Notes: a model not told the origin generated them from the sequence alone. Positions 21,095 through 31,096 are shown, counted from the stretch's first letter. The stretch is 64,000 bases of DNA from Dokdonella ginsengisoli (GCF_042652785.1 NZ_JBHSHD010000002.1:103750-167749); one strand, 5' to 3'. Numbers and translations: made by a program.

Positions 21095-21685
21095 TCAGGG
21101 GCAACCCGAGCCAGCGGGAGGATTTCTCCACCCAGGAGGGAAGAAATACGGATCGCAAGAAACCTTCCTCGTCCATACCGCAGAATTCGCTGGTGATGTA
21201 AAATCGTCCCCAGAGAATCTGGCATTAAAAGCATGATTCCCAATTGAGCCGACACCCGCTGGAATAATATAAGAGAATCTTACCTTCGTAGGAGATCCCA
21301 TCACCCATGGCAAATACTGGTTGAATATAGGATACCAAACGTTGACGACCCGGGTATATGTTGTATTTCCATCATCAATTCTAATTCTGTTTACCTTCTG
21401 CCCATCCACAAACAGTTCAATATACCCACCGCCTTCGGTGCCTCCGCCGTCCTCCCGGAATTTCTGTATTACATAATCCGGATTTCCGATTACATTCACA
21501 TCAAAAAATACAGTATCGCCCGGGAAATTCCATTGCTCTCGACATAATTCGTCGGGGCGACCTAAAGAGCCAGGCTTGACGCACGTGATGGAAACACCAG
21601 GCTCGTTGACCGCAAACGCCGAATCCGAAAAAATTATAATAAACACGGATGAAATAAGCATAGCGATTGAAAAAGCATTGCGCAT
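21095..21685 (-). CDS. Small secreted Cys-containing hypothetical protein, 196 aa, with atypical low-GC codon usage.
   Basis: MRNAFSIAMLISSVFIIIFSDSAFA is a signal peptide. A strong SD (GGAGG) lies 5 nt before the ATG. GC is about 45% against 68-70% for neighbours. Four Cys. No recognisable domain. Confidence 0.7.
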   Translation of the reverse strand: MRNAFSIAMLISSVFIIIFSDSAFAVNEPGVSITCVKPGSLGRPDELCREQWNFPGDTVFFDVNVIGNPDYVIQKFREDGGGTEGGGYIELFVDGQKVNRIRIDDGNTTYTRVVNVWYPIFNQYLPWVMGSPTKVRFSYIIPAGVGSIGNHAFNARFSGDDFTSPANSAVWTRKVSCDPYFFPPGWRNPPAGSGCP

Positions 21686-22079
21686 AAAACCTCCTTTTTT
21701 AGGTCGCGAAAACTACTTATCCGCAGTCACTATCAGTGCATTTCCGAGAAAGAATTTTCCACCCTATTCTCAGCCCAATGCAGTGGAGCCACGCCACCCA
21801 CTAATCGGATCGACGACTTCCTTCGTTTATCCGCAAACAGTTTATCCATCAATCCCGCCACTGGACCGCTCTCAACGGCTCGCCATATAAGCCACTTAAC
21901 ATCCAACACTTTTAATCTCTACCTCACGCAGCTAGACGCTCGCGACCATTAACTCGGGGCAGGATATACAATCTATACCAATCGGGCAGGTCGGCAAACA
22001 AGGGAAAACCCTAAGGCCAGACTTCTTGGACATCCGCAATGCCTTGCCAGCCCTCAGCCATCCTTTACTGGTATCCACG

Positions 22080-23264
22080 ATGAATCCACAAGCTGCCGAA
22101 CCCCTGCCCCTGATCCACCTCAAGACCGAACGCCGCTCCAACCATCCCTGGATCTTCCAGAAAATGGTCGAGAAGCCGGTGAACAAGCCCAAGCCCGGCA
22201 CCGTCGTCGACATCGTCGACCGCGAAGGCACGTTCGCCGGCCGCGGCTTCTACAACGGCCATTCGCGCATCGCGCTGCGCGTGCTGACCGCCGATCCGGA
22301 CGAGGCCGTCGACGAAGACTTCTTCGCGCGCCGCATCGCGGCGGCGGTCTCGCTGCGCCGCGACACGCTCGGGCTGGACAAGGTCACCGACGCGTATCGC
22401 CTGATCCACTCCGAAGGCGACGGCCTTTCCGGTCTGGTCGTCGACCGTTTCGCCGACACGCTGGTCATCGAATACTTCTCGGCCGGCATGTTCCGCCAGC
22501 GCGACCTGATCCGGCGCCGCCTGCTCGAGCACTTCCCCGACGCGAACCTGTACTGGTTCGCCGAGGAGCACGTGCAGAAGCAGGAGAGCTTCGACTGCGG
22601 GATTCCGGCACCGCCGACGCCGACGGTGATCCACGAACACGGCGTGGGCTTCCACGCCGCGCCGGGCACCAAGCACAAGACCGGCTTCTTCGCCGACCAG
22701 CGCGACAACCGCAAGACGCTGTCGGAATTCTGCACCGGCAAGCGCGTGCTCGACCTGTGCTGCAATTCCGGCGGCTTCGGCATCTACGCCAAGACCATCG
22801 GCGGCGCCGACGAGGTGGTCGGCGTCGACCTCGACGAGGAGATCCTCGGCATCGCCGAGAAGAACGCACGCCTGAACAAGGCGCGCGTGCGCTTCGTGCA
22901 GGCCGACATCTTCCACTGGCTGCGCGACGCCGCGGCGAACAACGCCAAGCAGTTCGACGTCGTCGTCCTCGATCCGGCCAAGATGACGCGCGACCGCGAG
23001 CAGGTGATCCCGGCGCTGAAGAAGTACCTGGACATGAACAAGCTCGCGCTCGGCGCGGTGAAGCCGGGCGGAATCTTCCTGACCTGCTCGTGCACCGGGC
23101 TGGTCAGCGAGGAACAGTTCCTCGACATGCTGCGCCGCGCGGCGTTCTACGCCAACCGCACGGTGCAGGTGCTGAAGGTCAGCGGCGCCGGCCCGGATCA
23201 CCCGTGGCAGGCGCACGTGCCCGAATCGCGCTATCTCAAGGCGGCGTTCTGCCGCGTCGAGTGA
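22080..23264 (+). CDS. rlmI: 23S rRNA m5C1962 methyltransferase RlmI.
   Basis: The product is collinear with E. coli RlmI: HPWIF, DLCCNSGGFG (SAM motif I), VVLDPAK, FLTCSC, YLKAAFCRV. The start was chosen at MNPQAAEP by alignment with the enterobacterial N-terminus. Confidence 0.85.
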   Translation: MNPQAAEPLPLIHLKTERRSNHPWIFQKMVEKPVNKPKPGTVVDIVDREGTFAGRGFYNGHSRIALRVLTADPDEAVDEDFFARRIAAAVSLRRDTLGLDKVTDAYRLIHSEGDGLSGLVVDRFADTLVIEYFSAGMFRQRDLIRRRLLEHFPDANLYWFAEEHVQKQESFDCGIPAPPTPTVIHEHGVGFHAAPGTKHKTGFFADQRDNRKTLSEFCTGKRVLDLCCNSGGFGIYAKTIGGADEVVGVDLDEEILGIAEKNARLNKARVRFVQADIFHWLRDAAANNAKQFDVVVLDPAKMTRDREQVIPALKKYLDMNKLALGAVKPGGIFLTCSCTGLVSEEQFLDMLRRAAFYANRTVQVLKVSGAGPDHPWQAHVPESRYLKAAFCRVE

Positions 23265-23348
23265 CGGGCGCCTCGACTCGAAGGGTCCCGCTCGTCGTCG
23301 TTCCCGCTTTCGCGCAAAAGACGACGCTGGTCGAGCTTTCCCGATGCC

Positions 23349-25238
23349 TCACTTCCCGGCGGCGGGACTCGTCGCCGGGATGCGGTCGGCCAGCACCAGC
23401 TCCGCGCGCATCGGCTGGCCGCCGCGACGGTAGTCGACGGGCAGGCGCGTACCGGCCGGCAGCTCGCGCAGGCGCTGGCGCCACTCGGACAGGGAGCGCC
23501 GGGCGACCGCTTCGCCGTCGATGGCCGTGATGCGGTCGCCGGTGCGCAGCTGCCCACCCGCGGCCGCGCTGTCCGCGGCGACGTCGACGACCTCGAGCGC
23601 CTCCTCCGCACCGAGCAGCCACAGGCCGCTGCGATCGAAGGCGTCGCCCTTGGCGAAGTCCGCGTTCGGCGCCAGGTACATGCGCTTGGCCGCATAGTCG
23701 AACGCGACGGTGAAACGCTTGAGCACGCCGGCGCCGAGATTGGCCTGCGGATCGGGCGCCGCGAACGCGCTCTTCTCGCCGAGGTAGAGATCGCCGGCGA
23801 CGCCGTCGACCGCGACCGTGCCGAGCTCGAGCCTGCCCAGCCGCACCGGGCGCCCGCGTGCGGGACCGCCGACGCCCCAGCCGACCACCGCCTCCGGCGC
23901 GGCGCGGTACTTCTGCGCCAGCGCGTGCTCCTTCGCGAACGGCGAATGCAGCGTCAGCGACGCGCGCGAACCGGTGTCGACGCTGATGCGCAGCGGCAGT
24001 CCGTCGAGCCGACCGGCGACGATCGGAATGCGCTCGGCCAGCTCGAACGGCACCGCCGTCGCTTCCGGCGGCGGCGCGAATTTCGCCGGCTCGGCCAGCA
24101 CGAGTTCGCGCCTGGCGTAGTCGATCGTCACGCCGAAGCGGCGGAACATCTCGTAGCCGACCAGGCCGTCGCTGTCGTAGCCCTCGACGGCGGGCAGCTG
24201 GCCCAGGCTCATGATCATGAACACCGGCGCGGCCAGTTTCGCGTCGCCGACGCGGACCTCCTTCGCGTGCGCGAATGCGACGTCGACCGTCTCGTCGCCG
24301 GCGCCGCGCGCAGCCAGCTTGCCCTCGCCCTTGAGGCCGAATTTTGCCGCCGCCGCGGGCGTGAGCAGGTTCGCGCCGCCGGTGTCGACGAGGAAGCGCG
24401 CCTTCCTGCCGTCGAGCTCGCCGTCGACGTAGATGTGGTTGTTGACCAGCTCGAACGGAATCAGCGTGACGCCGGCCGCGTTGTCGATGCGCGCCGTCGG
24501 CGCCATCGCGGGTGCGGCGAAATCCGCATCGGTGACCGGCACGTTCCACGCCACGCTCTCCACGCGCACCTCGGTACGCTGGCGCGGCTCGACGTGCCCG
24601 GCGGCATCGGCGACGTCGGTGACCGAGCGAAACGGTTGGCGCAGGCCGTCGACCGCGCGCCAGTCGTCGAGCACGGTGGTGGCGGTGTCCTGGCCCTGGC
24701 GCTGGACGACGCGCACGAGCAGGTGCGTGGCCGGATCGAACCATAGGCCGACCGGATCGCCGCCGTCCGGCGTCGCGATGACGACGTCGTAGCGCCGGCC
24801 GTCCGCCTCGCGCACCTGCGGCCGTTCCCACTGCGCGGGATGGCGTTCGGGATACCAGTAACCGTGCGCGTCGAGCCAGGCCTGGCTGCGCGCACGGCGC
24901 CGGGCGTCTTCGGCGTCGAGCACGGCGACTTCGCCGCCCGGATCGCGGCTCCAGCCGGCACGCCCGTCGTAGCCGTCGGCGCCCTCGATCGGACCGAGCC
25001 GGTACTGGCTGGCCGAGCGACCGCGCAGCAGGTCCTGCACCGAGCGATAGGTGCCGTCCAGGCCGCCGGCGCGCAGGCTGCCGCGGATTTCCGCCGCCTT
25101 CATCGCATCCCAGCGTGCCCCGCCGCTGGCCTCCTTGTAGCGCGCGAACAGCACCGCCGCGTCGTCCGCGGGCGCGCCGCGCGCACCGGCGCAGACCACG
25201 GCGAGCAGCAGCAGGCCCGCCCGTACGTGCTTCAACAT
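23349..25238 (-). CDS. Secreted protein with two retropepsin-like aspartyl-protease domains and a C-terminal PDZ domain.
   Basis: A signal peptide is followed by two D-T/S-G motifs (FLVDTGGANLL and ISVDTGSRASL) and a C-terminal PDZ-like segment GDRITAIDGEAV. Confidence 0.8.
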   Translation of the reverse strand: MLKHVRAGLLLLAVVCAGARGAPADDAAVLFARYKEASGGARWDAMKAAEIRGSLRAGGLDGTYRSVQDLLRGRSASQYRLGPIEGADGYDGRAGWSRDPGGEVAVLDAEDARRRARSQAWLDAHGYWYPERHPAQWERPQVREADGRRYDVVIATPDGGDPVGLWFDPATHLLVRVVQRQGQDTATTVLDDWRAVDGLRQPFRSVTDVADAAGHVEPRQRTEVRVESVAWNVPVTDADFAAPAMAPTARIDNAAGVTLIPFELVNNHIYVDGELDGRKARFLVDTGGANLLTPAAAAKFGLKGEGKLAARGAGDETVDVAFAHAKEVRVGDAKLAAPVFMIMSLGQLPAVEGYDSDGLVGYEMFRRFGVTIDYARRELVLAEPAKFAPPPEATAVPFELAERIPIVAGRLDGLPLRISVDTGSRASLTLHSPFAKEHALAQKYRAAPEAVVGWGVGGPARGRPVRLGRLELGTVAVDGVAGDLYLGEKSAFAAPDPQANLGAGVLKRFTVAFDYAAKRMYLAPNADFAKGDAFDRSGLWLLGAEEALEVVDVAADSAAAGGQLRTGDRITAIDGEAVARRSLSEWRQRLRELPAGTRLPVDYRRGGQPMRAELVLADRIPATSPAAGK

Positions 25239-25328
25239 CGTCGTGCTCCGTCGTGGTTCGGCGGCGCTTGCGCGCGACCGCCGTTGTTTGAATAATTCAA
25301 CGAAATTTCAAACAAGGCAACCCAACCG

Positions 25329-25916
25329 ATGGCACGGAGCAAACGCGCGCCCGTCGAGGCCGCCGCGCAGATCGAGCTGCTGGCGTCGCCGACGCGCATC
25401 GAGATCGTCGACACGCTGGAGGCGCTCGGCGGACCGGTGTCCGTGGCCGAACTCGCAGCCCAGCTCGGCCGCCCGGCCGACGGGCTCTACTACCACCTGC
25501 GCCAGCTCGCCGCCGGCGGACTGATCGAGGAGGAGGTCACCGCCGAGGGGCGGCGCTACCGCTCGCGCACGCGGGCCGGCGATCGCCTGCGCCTGCGCTA
25601 CCGCCCTGGCGCGAACGCGAACGCGCAGGCGGTCGGCCGCGTCGCCGCCAGCGTGCTGCGCGTGGCGGGCCGCGACTTCGCGCGCGCGATCGCCGACCGC
25701 GACTCGGTCGTCGACGGCCCGCTGCGCGAACTGTGGGCCGCACGCGGCAAGGGCTGGGTCGGGCCGGACGAGCTGGCCGAGATCAACCGGCTACTGACGC
25801 GCCTGATGGACCTGCTGCAGCAGCCGCGCGACGCACGCCGCGACCGCCTGGTCTCGCTGTCCTGGGTGCTCGCCCCGCTCGAACCGCAGCCGGCGCGGCG
25901 CGGCGCCGACGAGTGA
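25329..25916 (+). CDS. ArsR-family winged-helix transcriptional regulator.
   Basis: LASPTRIEIVDTLEALGGPVSVAELAAQLGRPADGLYYHLRQLAAGGLIEEE is an ArsR-type HTH. Confidence 0.65.
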   Translation: MARSKRAPVEAAAQIELLASPTRIEIVDTLEALGGPVSVAELAAQLGRPADGLYYHLRQLAAGGLIEEEVTAEGRRYRSRTRAGDRLRLRYRPGANANAQAVGRVAASVLRVAGRDFARAIADRDSVVDGPLRELWAARGKGWVGPDELAEINRLLTRLMDLLQQPRDARRDRLVSLSWVLAPLEPQPARRGADE

Positions 25917-25946
25917 ACGCCGCCCGGCGCCGCGGCAATGCCGCGA

Positions 25947-28181
25947 TCAGTCGAAGCCGTCGGCGAACACCTCGTCCGCGTGGTCGCGCCACCACAGCAG
26001 CAGATCGCGCAGGGCGGCCGGCGCGTTCTGCGCGGCGGGAGCGCCGGCCTGGTTGGCGCGGTTCACGCCGTGGCAGCCGTCGCAGGCTCGGATCTCGCCC
26101 GGCTGCACGCTGATCCAGTAGCGCTCGCGCACGACCGCAGCGCCGTCGGCGGCGGTGCTCTGCCAGCTCATCGCACGCTGCGCCGGTACCAGCGCGGCGA
26201 CCGAACCGTCGGCAGCGATCTTCACCGCACCGGTCGGCGCACCGGCCGGCGCGGGCGGCATGAACGACAGCGCAGCCGGCTCGTGCAGCGGCCGCGCCAG
26301 CACGCGGCGGCCGTCGCGCGGCTGCACGGTGCCGCCCATGCCGCGCAGCAGGTCGGCCTGGAAGAACTGCATCCAGACGATGTCGCGCGGCGTGCCGGCG
26401 CCGCCCACGGTCTGCACGCCGCCGGGAACGCGCAGGTCGTAGGGCTGCTGGCGATCGGCATCGTCGCGCGCGGTGACGTTGCGGCCGACCAGTACGCCGA
26501 GCCCGCGCTCGCGCAGGAACGCACGAAAGCGCGCCGGATCGACGCCCGCCTCGGCGAAGACCTGCGCTTCGGCAGCCGCCAGCGCGGGTTCCGCCGTCGC
26601 CGCCGGCACCTCGCGCGCACGCACCTCCACCGGCGACAGCTCCCACAGCGGCCCGTCGTAGCTGACCAGCACGTCGGGATCCCAGTACGACACGCTCTTG
26701 ACCAGGCCCGGCGTCAGCGCCTCCACCGGCGTCGCCGTGCCGGCGCCCAGTGCCAGGCGTTGCAGGCGGAAGGTGTAGTTGGAGGCCGGATGCTCGCGCG
26801 TGCCGGTGTTGCCGGCGAGCTGCCACTGCCCGGTCCACACCGCGACGAGGGCTCCGTCGGACAGCGGCAGCGGATCGCGGTAGCGCCCCGGGAACGCGGG
26901 CGGCGCGCTGTCGTGCAGTTCCGCCGCGCTGCGCGGTGCGTGGTAGGTGACCACCAGATCGTCGGCGTTCGCGTCCGGCGCGGCCCGGATCGACACCAGC
27001 TGCCCGGCCGCGTGCGTGTAGAACTCCGGTGCGTCGATCGCGTAGTAGCGGCCGGGCTGCGTGGGGTCCTCGGCCAGTTGCAGCAGATTCTCCACCGGGT
27101 TCGGGTTGGCGCGGCCGGACGTCTGCGCGATGAAGTCGCCGAGCGCGGCGTCGCCGGTGAAGCTGCGCGCGAAATACGAATGCAGTTCGTGACGGCCGAC
27201 GTGGTTCAGCGTCTCCTCGCCGGAACCGTCCTGGTTGATCTGCCATGGGAAGAAGAAATTGAAGCGGTGGCCGTTGACTGCGGAGCCCGCCACCGCGGTC
27301 AGCGGCTCGGGGTAGGGTTCCGGCGCGCGCGGGCCGCGCGCGGCGGAGGCGGCCTCGCTGGCGTAGTCGAACGTGCCGTAGACCGACGCGCCGCCGCCCT
27401 GCTCGGCGTCGGCGTCCGTCTCGGCCTGCTGGTCGGTCTGCAGATGGTCCCAGCGCGTGAACACGATGCGTCCGTAGCTGTCCACCAGCGGGCCGAAAGA
27501 GCCGGACGGCGCGTGCTGCAGCAAGGTCAACCGCCCGTCCGGCGCGAGCTTCCACAGGCCGCTGGTCGACGGTGTGGATTCGTACTCGTCCAGCTGCGGA
27601 TACAGGTGACGGCGACCGTCGCGCGGACGGTCGCTGGCGAACACGAGGCCGCCGTCGGATGCGTACGCCGGTTCGACGTTGTTGAAGTCCGCCGGCTGGC
27701 CGGCGACACGAGTGATCGAGACCGGCTGCCCGCGGCCCAGGCCGGCGACTTCGTAGAGCTGCCAGTACCACTGGCCGACCTGGTACTGCGCCGTCGGCGC
27801 GCCGACCAGCATGCTGAACACCGCCTTGTCGCCGGCGAAGGCGACGGCCGGATCGCGCACCGCGATCGCGTTTGCGCCCTGCCGGCCGGCGTTGCCGTAG
27901 CCGGCCTCCTGCGTGAGGTTGCGCAGGAAGCCGTCGGGATAGCGGATCCACAGATCGCCGCCGCGCGCGACCGCCTGCATGCCACCGCGGTGGTTGGCGA
28001 ACACCGAGCCGATGGTGGCGAAGTCGGCCGGTACCGGCACCTGGGTCACGAACAGCAGCGGATTCGCCGGCGAGCCCTGCGGCGCGGCGACGGCGAAAGA
28101 CGCCGCAGCAGCGGCGGCGAGGCACGCGGCGGCACGGACGGCGGCGACACCCGCCGCGGAACGCAGGATCGTCAACGGCAT
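25947..28181 (-). CDS. Large secreted hypothetical protein (744 aa) with a C-terminal CxxCH motif and a VFADGFD tail.
   Basis: A signal peptide with an Ala-rich h-region is followed by a long beta-rich body. [11 protein letters not shown] near the C-terminus is a c-type heme-binding-like CxxCH. GC3 is high in this frame. Overlapping ORFs 25783..28344(-) and 25938..28949(+) are noise. Confidence 0.7.
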   Translation of the reverse strand: MPLTILRSAAGVAAVRAAACLAAAAAASFAVAAPQGSPANPLLFVTQVPVPADFATIGSVFANHRGGMQAVARGGDLWIRYPDGFLRNLTQEAGYGNAGRQGANAIAVRDPAVAFAGDKAVFSMLVGAPTAQYQVGQWYWQLYEVAGLGRGQPVSITRVAGQPADFNNVEPAYASDGGLVFASDRPRDGRRHLYPQLDEYESTPSTSGLWKLAPDGRLTLLQHAPSGSFGPLVDSYGRIVFTRWDHLQTDQQAETDADAEQGGGASVYGTFDYASEAASAARGPRAPEPYPEPLTAVAGSAVNGHRFNFFFPWQINQDGSGEETLNHVGRHELHSYFARSFTGDAALGDFIAQTSGRANPNPVENLLQLAEDPTQPGRYYAIDAPEFYTHAAGQLVSIRAAPDANADDLVVTYHAPRSAAELHDSAPPAFPGRYRDPLPLSDGALVAVWTGQWQLAGNTGTREHPASNYTFRLQRLALGAGTATPVEALTPGLVKSVSYWDPDVLVSYDGPLWELSPVEVRAREVPAATAEPALAAAEAQVFAEAGVDPARFRAFLRERGLGVLVGRNVTARDDADRQQPYDLRVPGGVQTVGGAGTPRDIVWMQFFQADLLRGMGGTVQPRDGRRVLARPLHEPAALSFMPPAPAGAPTGAVKIAADGSVAALVPAQRAMSWQSTAADGAAVVRERYWISVQPGEIRACDGCHGVNRANQAGAPAAQNAPAALRDLLLWWRDHADEVFADGFD

Positions 28182-28355
28182 GGATTCCCCCTCGATGGAC
28201 GGTTGCCCGTACCCAACGCAATGCGGCGCCGCAACGCACGCGCCCCATGCACATTCCCACGGCGAACGGCGCCGAAAAGGGACCGGCTGTGCACTTCCCG
28301 ACGCCGACGGCGGCCGGCGCCGCTAAACTGGGCGACTGTCCCACAGGAGTCCGCC

Positions 28356-28949
28356 ATGAAATCCGAGCCCGCCGCCGTGACCACCGCCCAGGCCGAGGAA
28401 GCCGTGCGCACGCTGCTGCGCTGGGCCGGCGAGGACCCTGCGCGCGAAGGCCTGCTCGACACGCCCAAGCGCGTGGTCGAGGCCTACCGCGACTGGTTCT
28501 CCGGCTACGCGATCGACCCGGCCGACTACCTGCGCCGCACCTTCGAGGAAGTGGCCGGCTACGACGAGATGATCGTGCTGCGCGACATCGAGTTCGAGTC
28601 GTTCTGCGAGCACCACATGGCGCCGATCATCGGCCGCGCGCACATCGGCTACCTGCCGACCGACAAGGTGGTCGGCATCAGCAAGCTGGCGCGCGTGGTC
28701 GACGCCTACGCGCGGCGCTTCCAGGTGCAGGAGAAGCTGACCGCGCAGGTCGCCCACTGCATCGAGGACGTGCTCAAGCCGCGCGGCGTCGGCGTGGTCG
28801 TCGACGCCGTGCACCAGTGCATGACCACGCGCGGCGTGCACAAGCGCGGCGTGTCGATGATCACCAGCCAGATGCGCGGCAGCTTCCGCGACGACGCACG
28901 CACGCGCGCCGAATTCCTGCGCTTCATCGACATCCATTCGCCGCACTGA
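28356..28949 (+). CDS. folE: GTP cyclohydrolase I (FolE).
   Basis: The 197-aa product carries FolE signatures ([20 protein letters not shown]). AGGAG lies 7 nt before the ATG. Only the last 197 codons of the listed 1003-aa ORF are real. Confidence 0.9.
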   Translation: MKSEPAAVTTAQAEEAVRTLLRWAGEDPAREGLLDTPKRVVEAYRDWFSGYAIDPADYLRRTFEEVAGYDEMIVLRDIEFESFCEHHMAPIIGRAHIGYLPTDKVVGISKLARVVDAYARRFQVQEKLTAQVAHCIEDVLKPRGVGVVVDAVHQCMTTRGVHKRGVSMITSQMRGSFRDDARTRAEFLRFIDIHSPH

Positions 28950-29125
28950 GCGCGGCGTCCGCCGGCGGCGGACGAACCGGCTCCGAGGCGACGCTCCACG
29001 GCGACGGAAAGGGCGTTCCGCGGCACCACGGCCGGCGGCCCGGGCGATTGCCGTGTCCGACCCTCGGCGCGACGTGCGATCGGCTAAGCTGCGCGCCCAC
29101 GCCGCCCCGACTGCCGGACAACCGC

Positions 29126-30451
29126 TTGAACGCCTCCCCGACCGAGCCGCGGCGCGCCGCGCTGATCTTCATCTTCGTGACCGTGCTGATCGACATCCTG
29201 TCGTTCGGCCTGATCATCCCGGTGCTGCCGCACCTGATCGAAGGCTTCCTCAGCGGCGACGTGTCGAAGGCCGCGGTCTGGTACGGCTGGTTCGCCACCG
29301 CGTTCATGGCGATGCAGTTCCTGTTCACGCCGGTGCAGGGCGCGCTGTCGGACCGCTTCGGGCGACGGCCGGTAATCCTGCTGTCCAACCTCGGCCTCGG
29401 CCTCGACTTCCTGATGATGGCGCTGGTCAACAGCCTGCCGCTGCTGTTCATCGGCCGCCTGATTTCCGGCATCACCGCGGCGAGCTTCAGCACCGCCAAC
29501 GCCTACGTCGCCGACGTGACGCCGCCGGAGAAGCGCGCCGGCGCATTCGGCATGATCGGCATGGCCTTCGGCATCGGCTTCGTCATCGCGCCGGCGATCG
29601 GCGGCGTGCTCGGCGAAGTCAATCCGCGGCTGCCGTTCTGGCTCGCGGTGGGTCTGGCACTGACGAATTTCCTGTACGGCCTGATCGTGCTGCCCGAATC
29701 CCTGCCGCCGGAAAAGCGCTCGCCGCGCTTCGACTGGAGCCACGCCAATCCGATCGGCTCGCTGCGCCTGCTGCGCCGCTATCCGCAGGTGTGGGGACTG
29801 ATCGGCGTGCTGTTCCTGATGGCGCTGGCGCACATCGTCTACCCGAGCACCTTCGTGCTGTACGCCGACTACCGTTTCGGCTGGGGTCCGAAGATGGTCG
29901 GCTACACGCTCGGCCTGGTCGGCGTGCTCGGCATCATCGTGCAGGGCGGACTGGTCAAGCGGATCGTCGCGCGCTTCGGCGAACGCCGCACGCTGCTGAT
30001 CGGCCTCGGCTTCGGCACGCTCGGCTTCGCGCTGTACGCGCTCGCGCCGACCGGTTACTGGTTCTGGGCCGCGTCGCCAGTCGCGGCACTGTGGGGCGTG
30101 GCCGGCCCCGCTGCGCAGGCGCTGATCTCGCACCAGGTCGACCCGACCGAGCAGGGGCGCCTGCAGGGCGCGATCGCGAGCCTGTCGAGCGTCGCCGGCA
30201 TCCTCGCGCCGACCCTGTTCACGCGCACGTTCGCCGCCGTCACCGACGCGCACCTGCACGATGCCTGGGCCGGCGTCACGTTCGGCGTCGCCGCCGTGCT
30301 GGTCGGCGCGGCGTGGCTGCTCGCCGCGCGCGCCTCGTCGAACCTGCCGACCGCGATCGCCGCCGCGGCGCCGGTGGCGACGATCGCACCGGAGGCGGTC
30401 GCGGAAACGGCCGAGCTCGAGGTGCGGCCGGCCACCGACGAAGCGCGCTGA
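29126..30451 (+). CDS. MFS transporter, TetA/TCR-like 12-TM drug:H+ antiporter family. A TTG start is inferred.
   Basis: The N-terminus NASPTEPRRAALIFIFVTVLIDILSFGLIIPVLP and the motif A GALSDRFGRRPV (G-x-LaD-r-x-G-rk-x-x-l) identify the family. 12 TM helices. The first in-frame start upstream of TM1 is TTG at 29126. Confidence 0.75.
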   Translation: MNASPTEPRRAALIFIFVTVLIDILSFGLIIPVLPHLIEGFLSGDVSKAAVWYGWFATAFMAMQFLFTPVQGALSDRFGRRPVILLSNLGLGLDFLMMALVNSLPLLFIGRLISGITAASFSTANAYVADVTPPEKRAGAFGMIGMAFGIGFVIAPAIGGVLGEVNPRLPFWLAVGLALTNFLYGLIVLPESLPPEKRSPRFDWSHANPIGSLRLLRRYPQVWGLIGVLFLMALAHIVYPSTFVLYADYRFGWGPKMVGYTLGLVGVLGIIVQGGLVKRIVARFGERRTLLIGLGFGTLGFALYALAPTGYWFWAASPVAALWGVAGPAAQALISHQVDPTEQGRLQGAIASLSSVAGILAPTLFTRTFAAVTDAHLHDAWAGVTFGVAAVLVGAAWLLAARASSNLPTAIAAAAPVATIAPEAVAETAELEVRPATDEAR

Positions 30452-30723
30452 AAAAACCTCGGAAATTCCCGCGATTCCCTCTTGCATTGCGCGAACGAGC
30501 GGCGTAGGGTTCGCGCCCCGCGCAAACGGTGCGCGTGAAAACTTTCGACGACGTGTCATGAAACGGATCGACTTCGACAACGGAAATCGTGCGCAGGGCG
30601 CCGCCTATCGCGGCCCGCATGCGCTCGTGCCCGTCATGCCACAGCGCGAACTTCCGCGCGCGAATCCGATCTGACCTCGTCTTCGATGTGAGGTCGGGCC
30701 AACCCGACCTCCCGTATGCCGCG

Positions 30724-30757
30724 AACGCCCCGGGAGGCTTGCCCCCGGGGCGTTTTT
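30724..30757 (+). terminator. Rho-independent terminator between the MFS gene and the tRNAs.
   Basis: ACGCCCCGGG-aggcttgc-CCCGGGGCGT followed by TTTTTC. A second hairpin GAGGTCGGG-ccaa-CCCGACCTC precedes it at 30690-30711. Confidence 0.6.
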
Positions 30758-30948
30758 CATTCCGGCGTTCGCAAAGTGACGACCACGAATTCGGCGCGGG
30801 CGAGCGCCAGGAGAATTGCCGCCTGGCGACAGGCGGCAATGCGCGGACGATGAAACGGCAGGCCGCAGCGGTGCGGGATCGATCCCGCCCGGTGCGCCCG
30901 GGCTCTGCCCTCGCGTATGCCGAGGCCCGCACGCCGTCGTTCGCTTCA

Positions 30949-31022
30949 GGACCGGTAGCTCAGTCTGGGAGAGCAGATGGCTCATGACCATCAGGTCGCA
31001 GGTTCGAATCCTGCCCGGTTCA
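30949..31022 (+). tRNA. tRNA-Met (anticodon CAU), elongator type.
   Basis: The cloverleaf was folded by hand. Acceptor GGACCGG/CCGGUUC, D-arm UAGCUCAGUCUGGGAGAGC, anticodon loop CUCAUGA, T-arm GCAGG-UUCGAAU-CCUGC, discriminator A. No encoded CCA. No three consecutive G-C pairs in the anticodon stem, so not initiator. tRNA-Ile2 (lysidine) cannot be excluded. Confidence 0.85.
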
Positions 31023-31096
31023 CGAAGATAGCTCAGCCAGGTTAGAGCAGATGACTCGTAATCATCAGGCCGCGGGTTCGACTCCCGCTCTTTGAA
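31023..31096 (+). tRNA. tRNA-Thr (anticodon CGU), directly abutting tRNA-Met with no spacer.
   Basis: D-arm UAGCUCAGCCAGGUUAGAGC, anticodon loop CUCGUAA, T-arm GCGGG-UUCGACU-CCCGC, discriminator A. Acceptor pairs 2-7 are good. A 7-bp stem would need position 1 to be the discriminator A of tRNA-Met, giving A1:A72. Otherwise the acceptor is 6 bp. Confidence 0.7.

Noticed and set aside
25783-28949. Very long overlapping ORFs 25783..28344(-, 853 aa) and 25938..28949(+, 1003 aa).
   Set aside because: They are Arg/Ala/Gly-rich, which is typical of off-frame or antisense translation in 70% GC DNA. They overlap the well-supported 744-aa secreted protein. Only the last 197 codons of the plus ORF, which encode FolE, are real.
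30558-30674. A 38-codon ORF (MKRIDFDNGNRAQG...) between the MFS gene and the tRNAs.
   Set aside because: Its third-position composition is mixed with many A/T-ending codons, unlike local genes. There is no convincing RBS. The region is better explained as a non-coding leader or terminator zone, with two hairpins and a T-tract at 30690-30757.
30949-31022. Possible initiator identity of the Met tRNA.
   Set aside because: The anticodon stem lacks the three consecutive G-C pairs, and the 1:72 pair is G-C. It is therefore elongator-type, or tRNA-Ile2.
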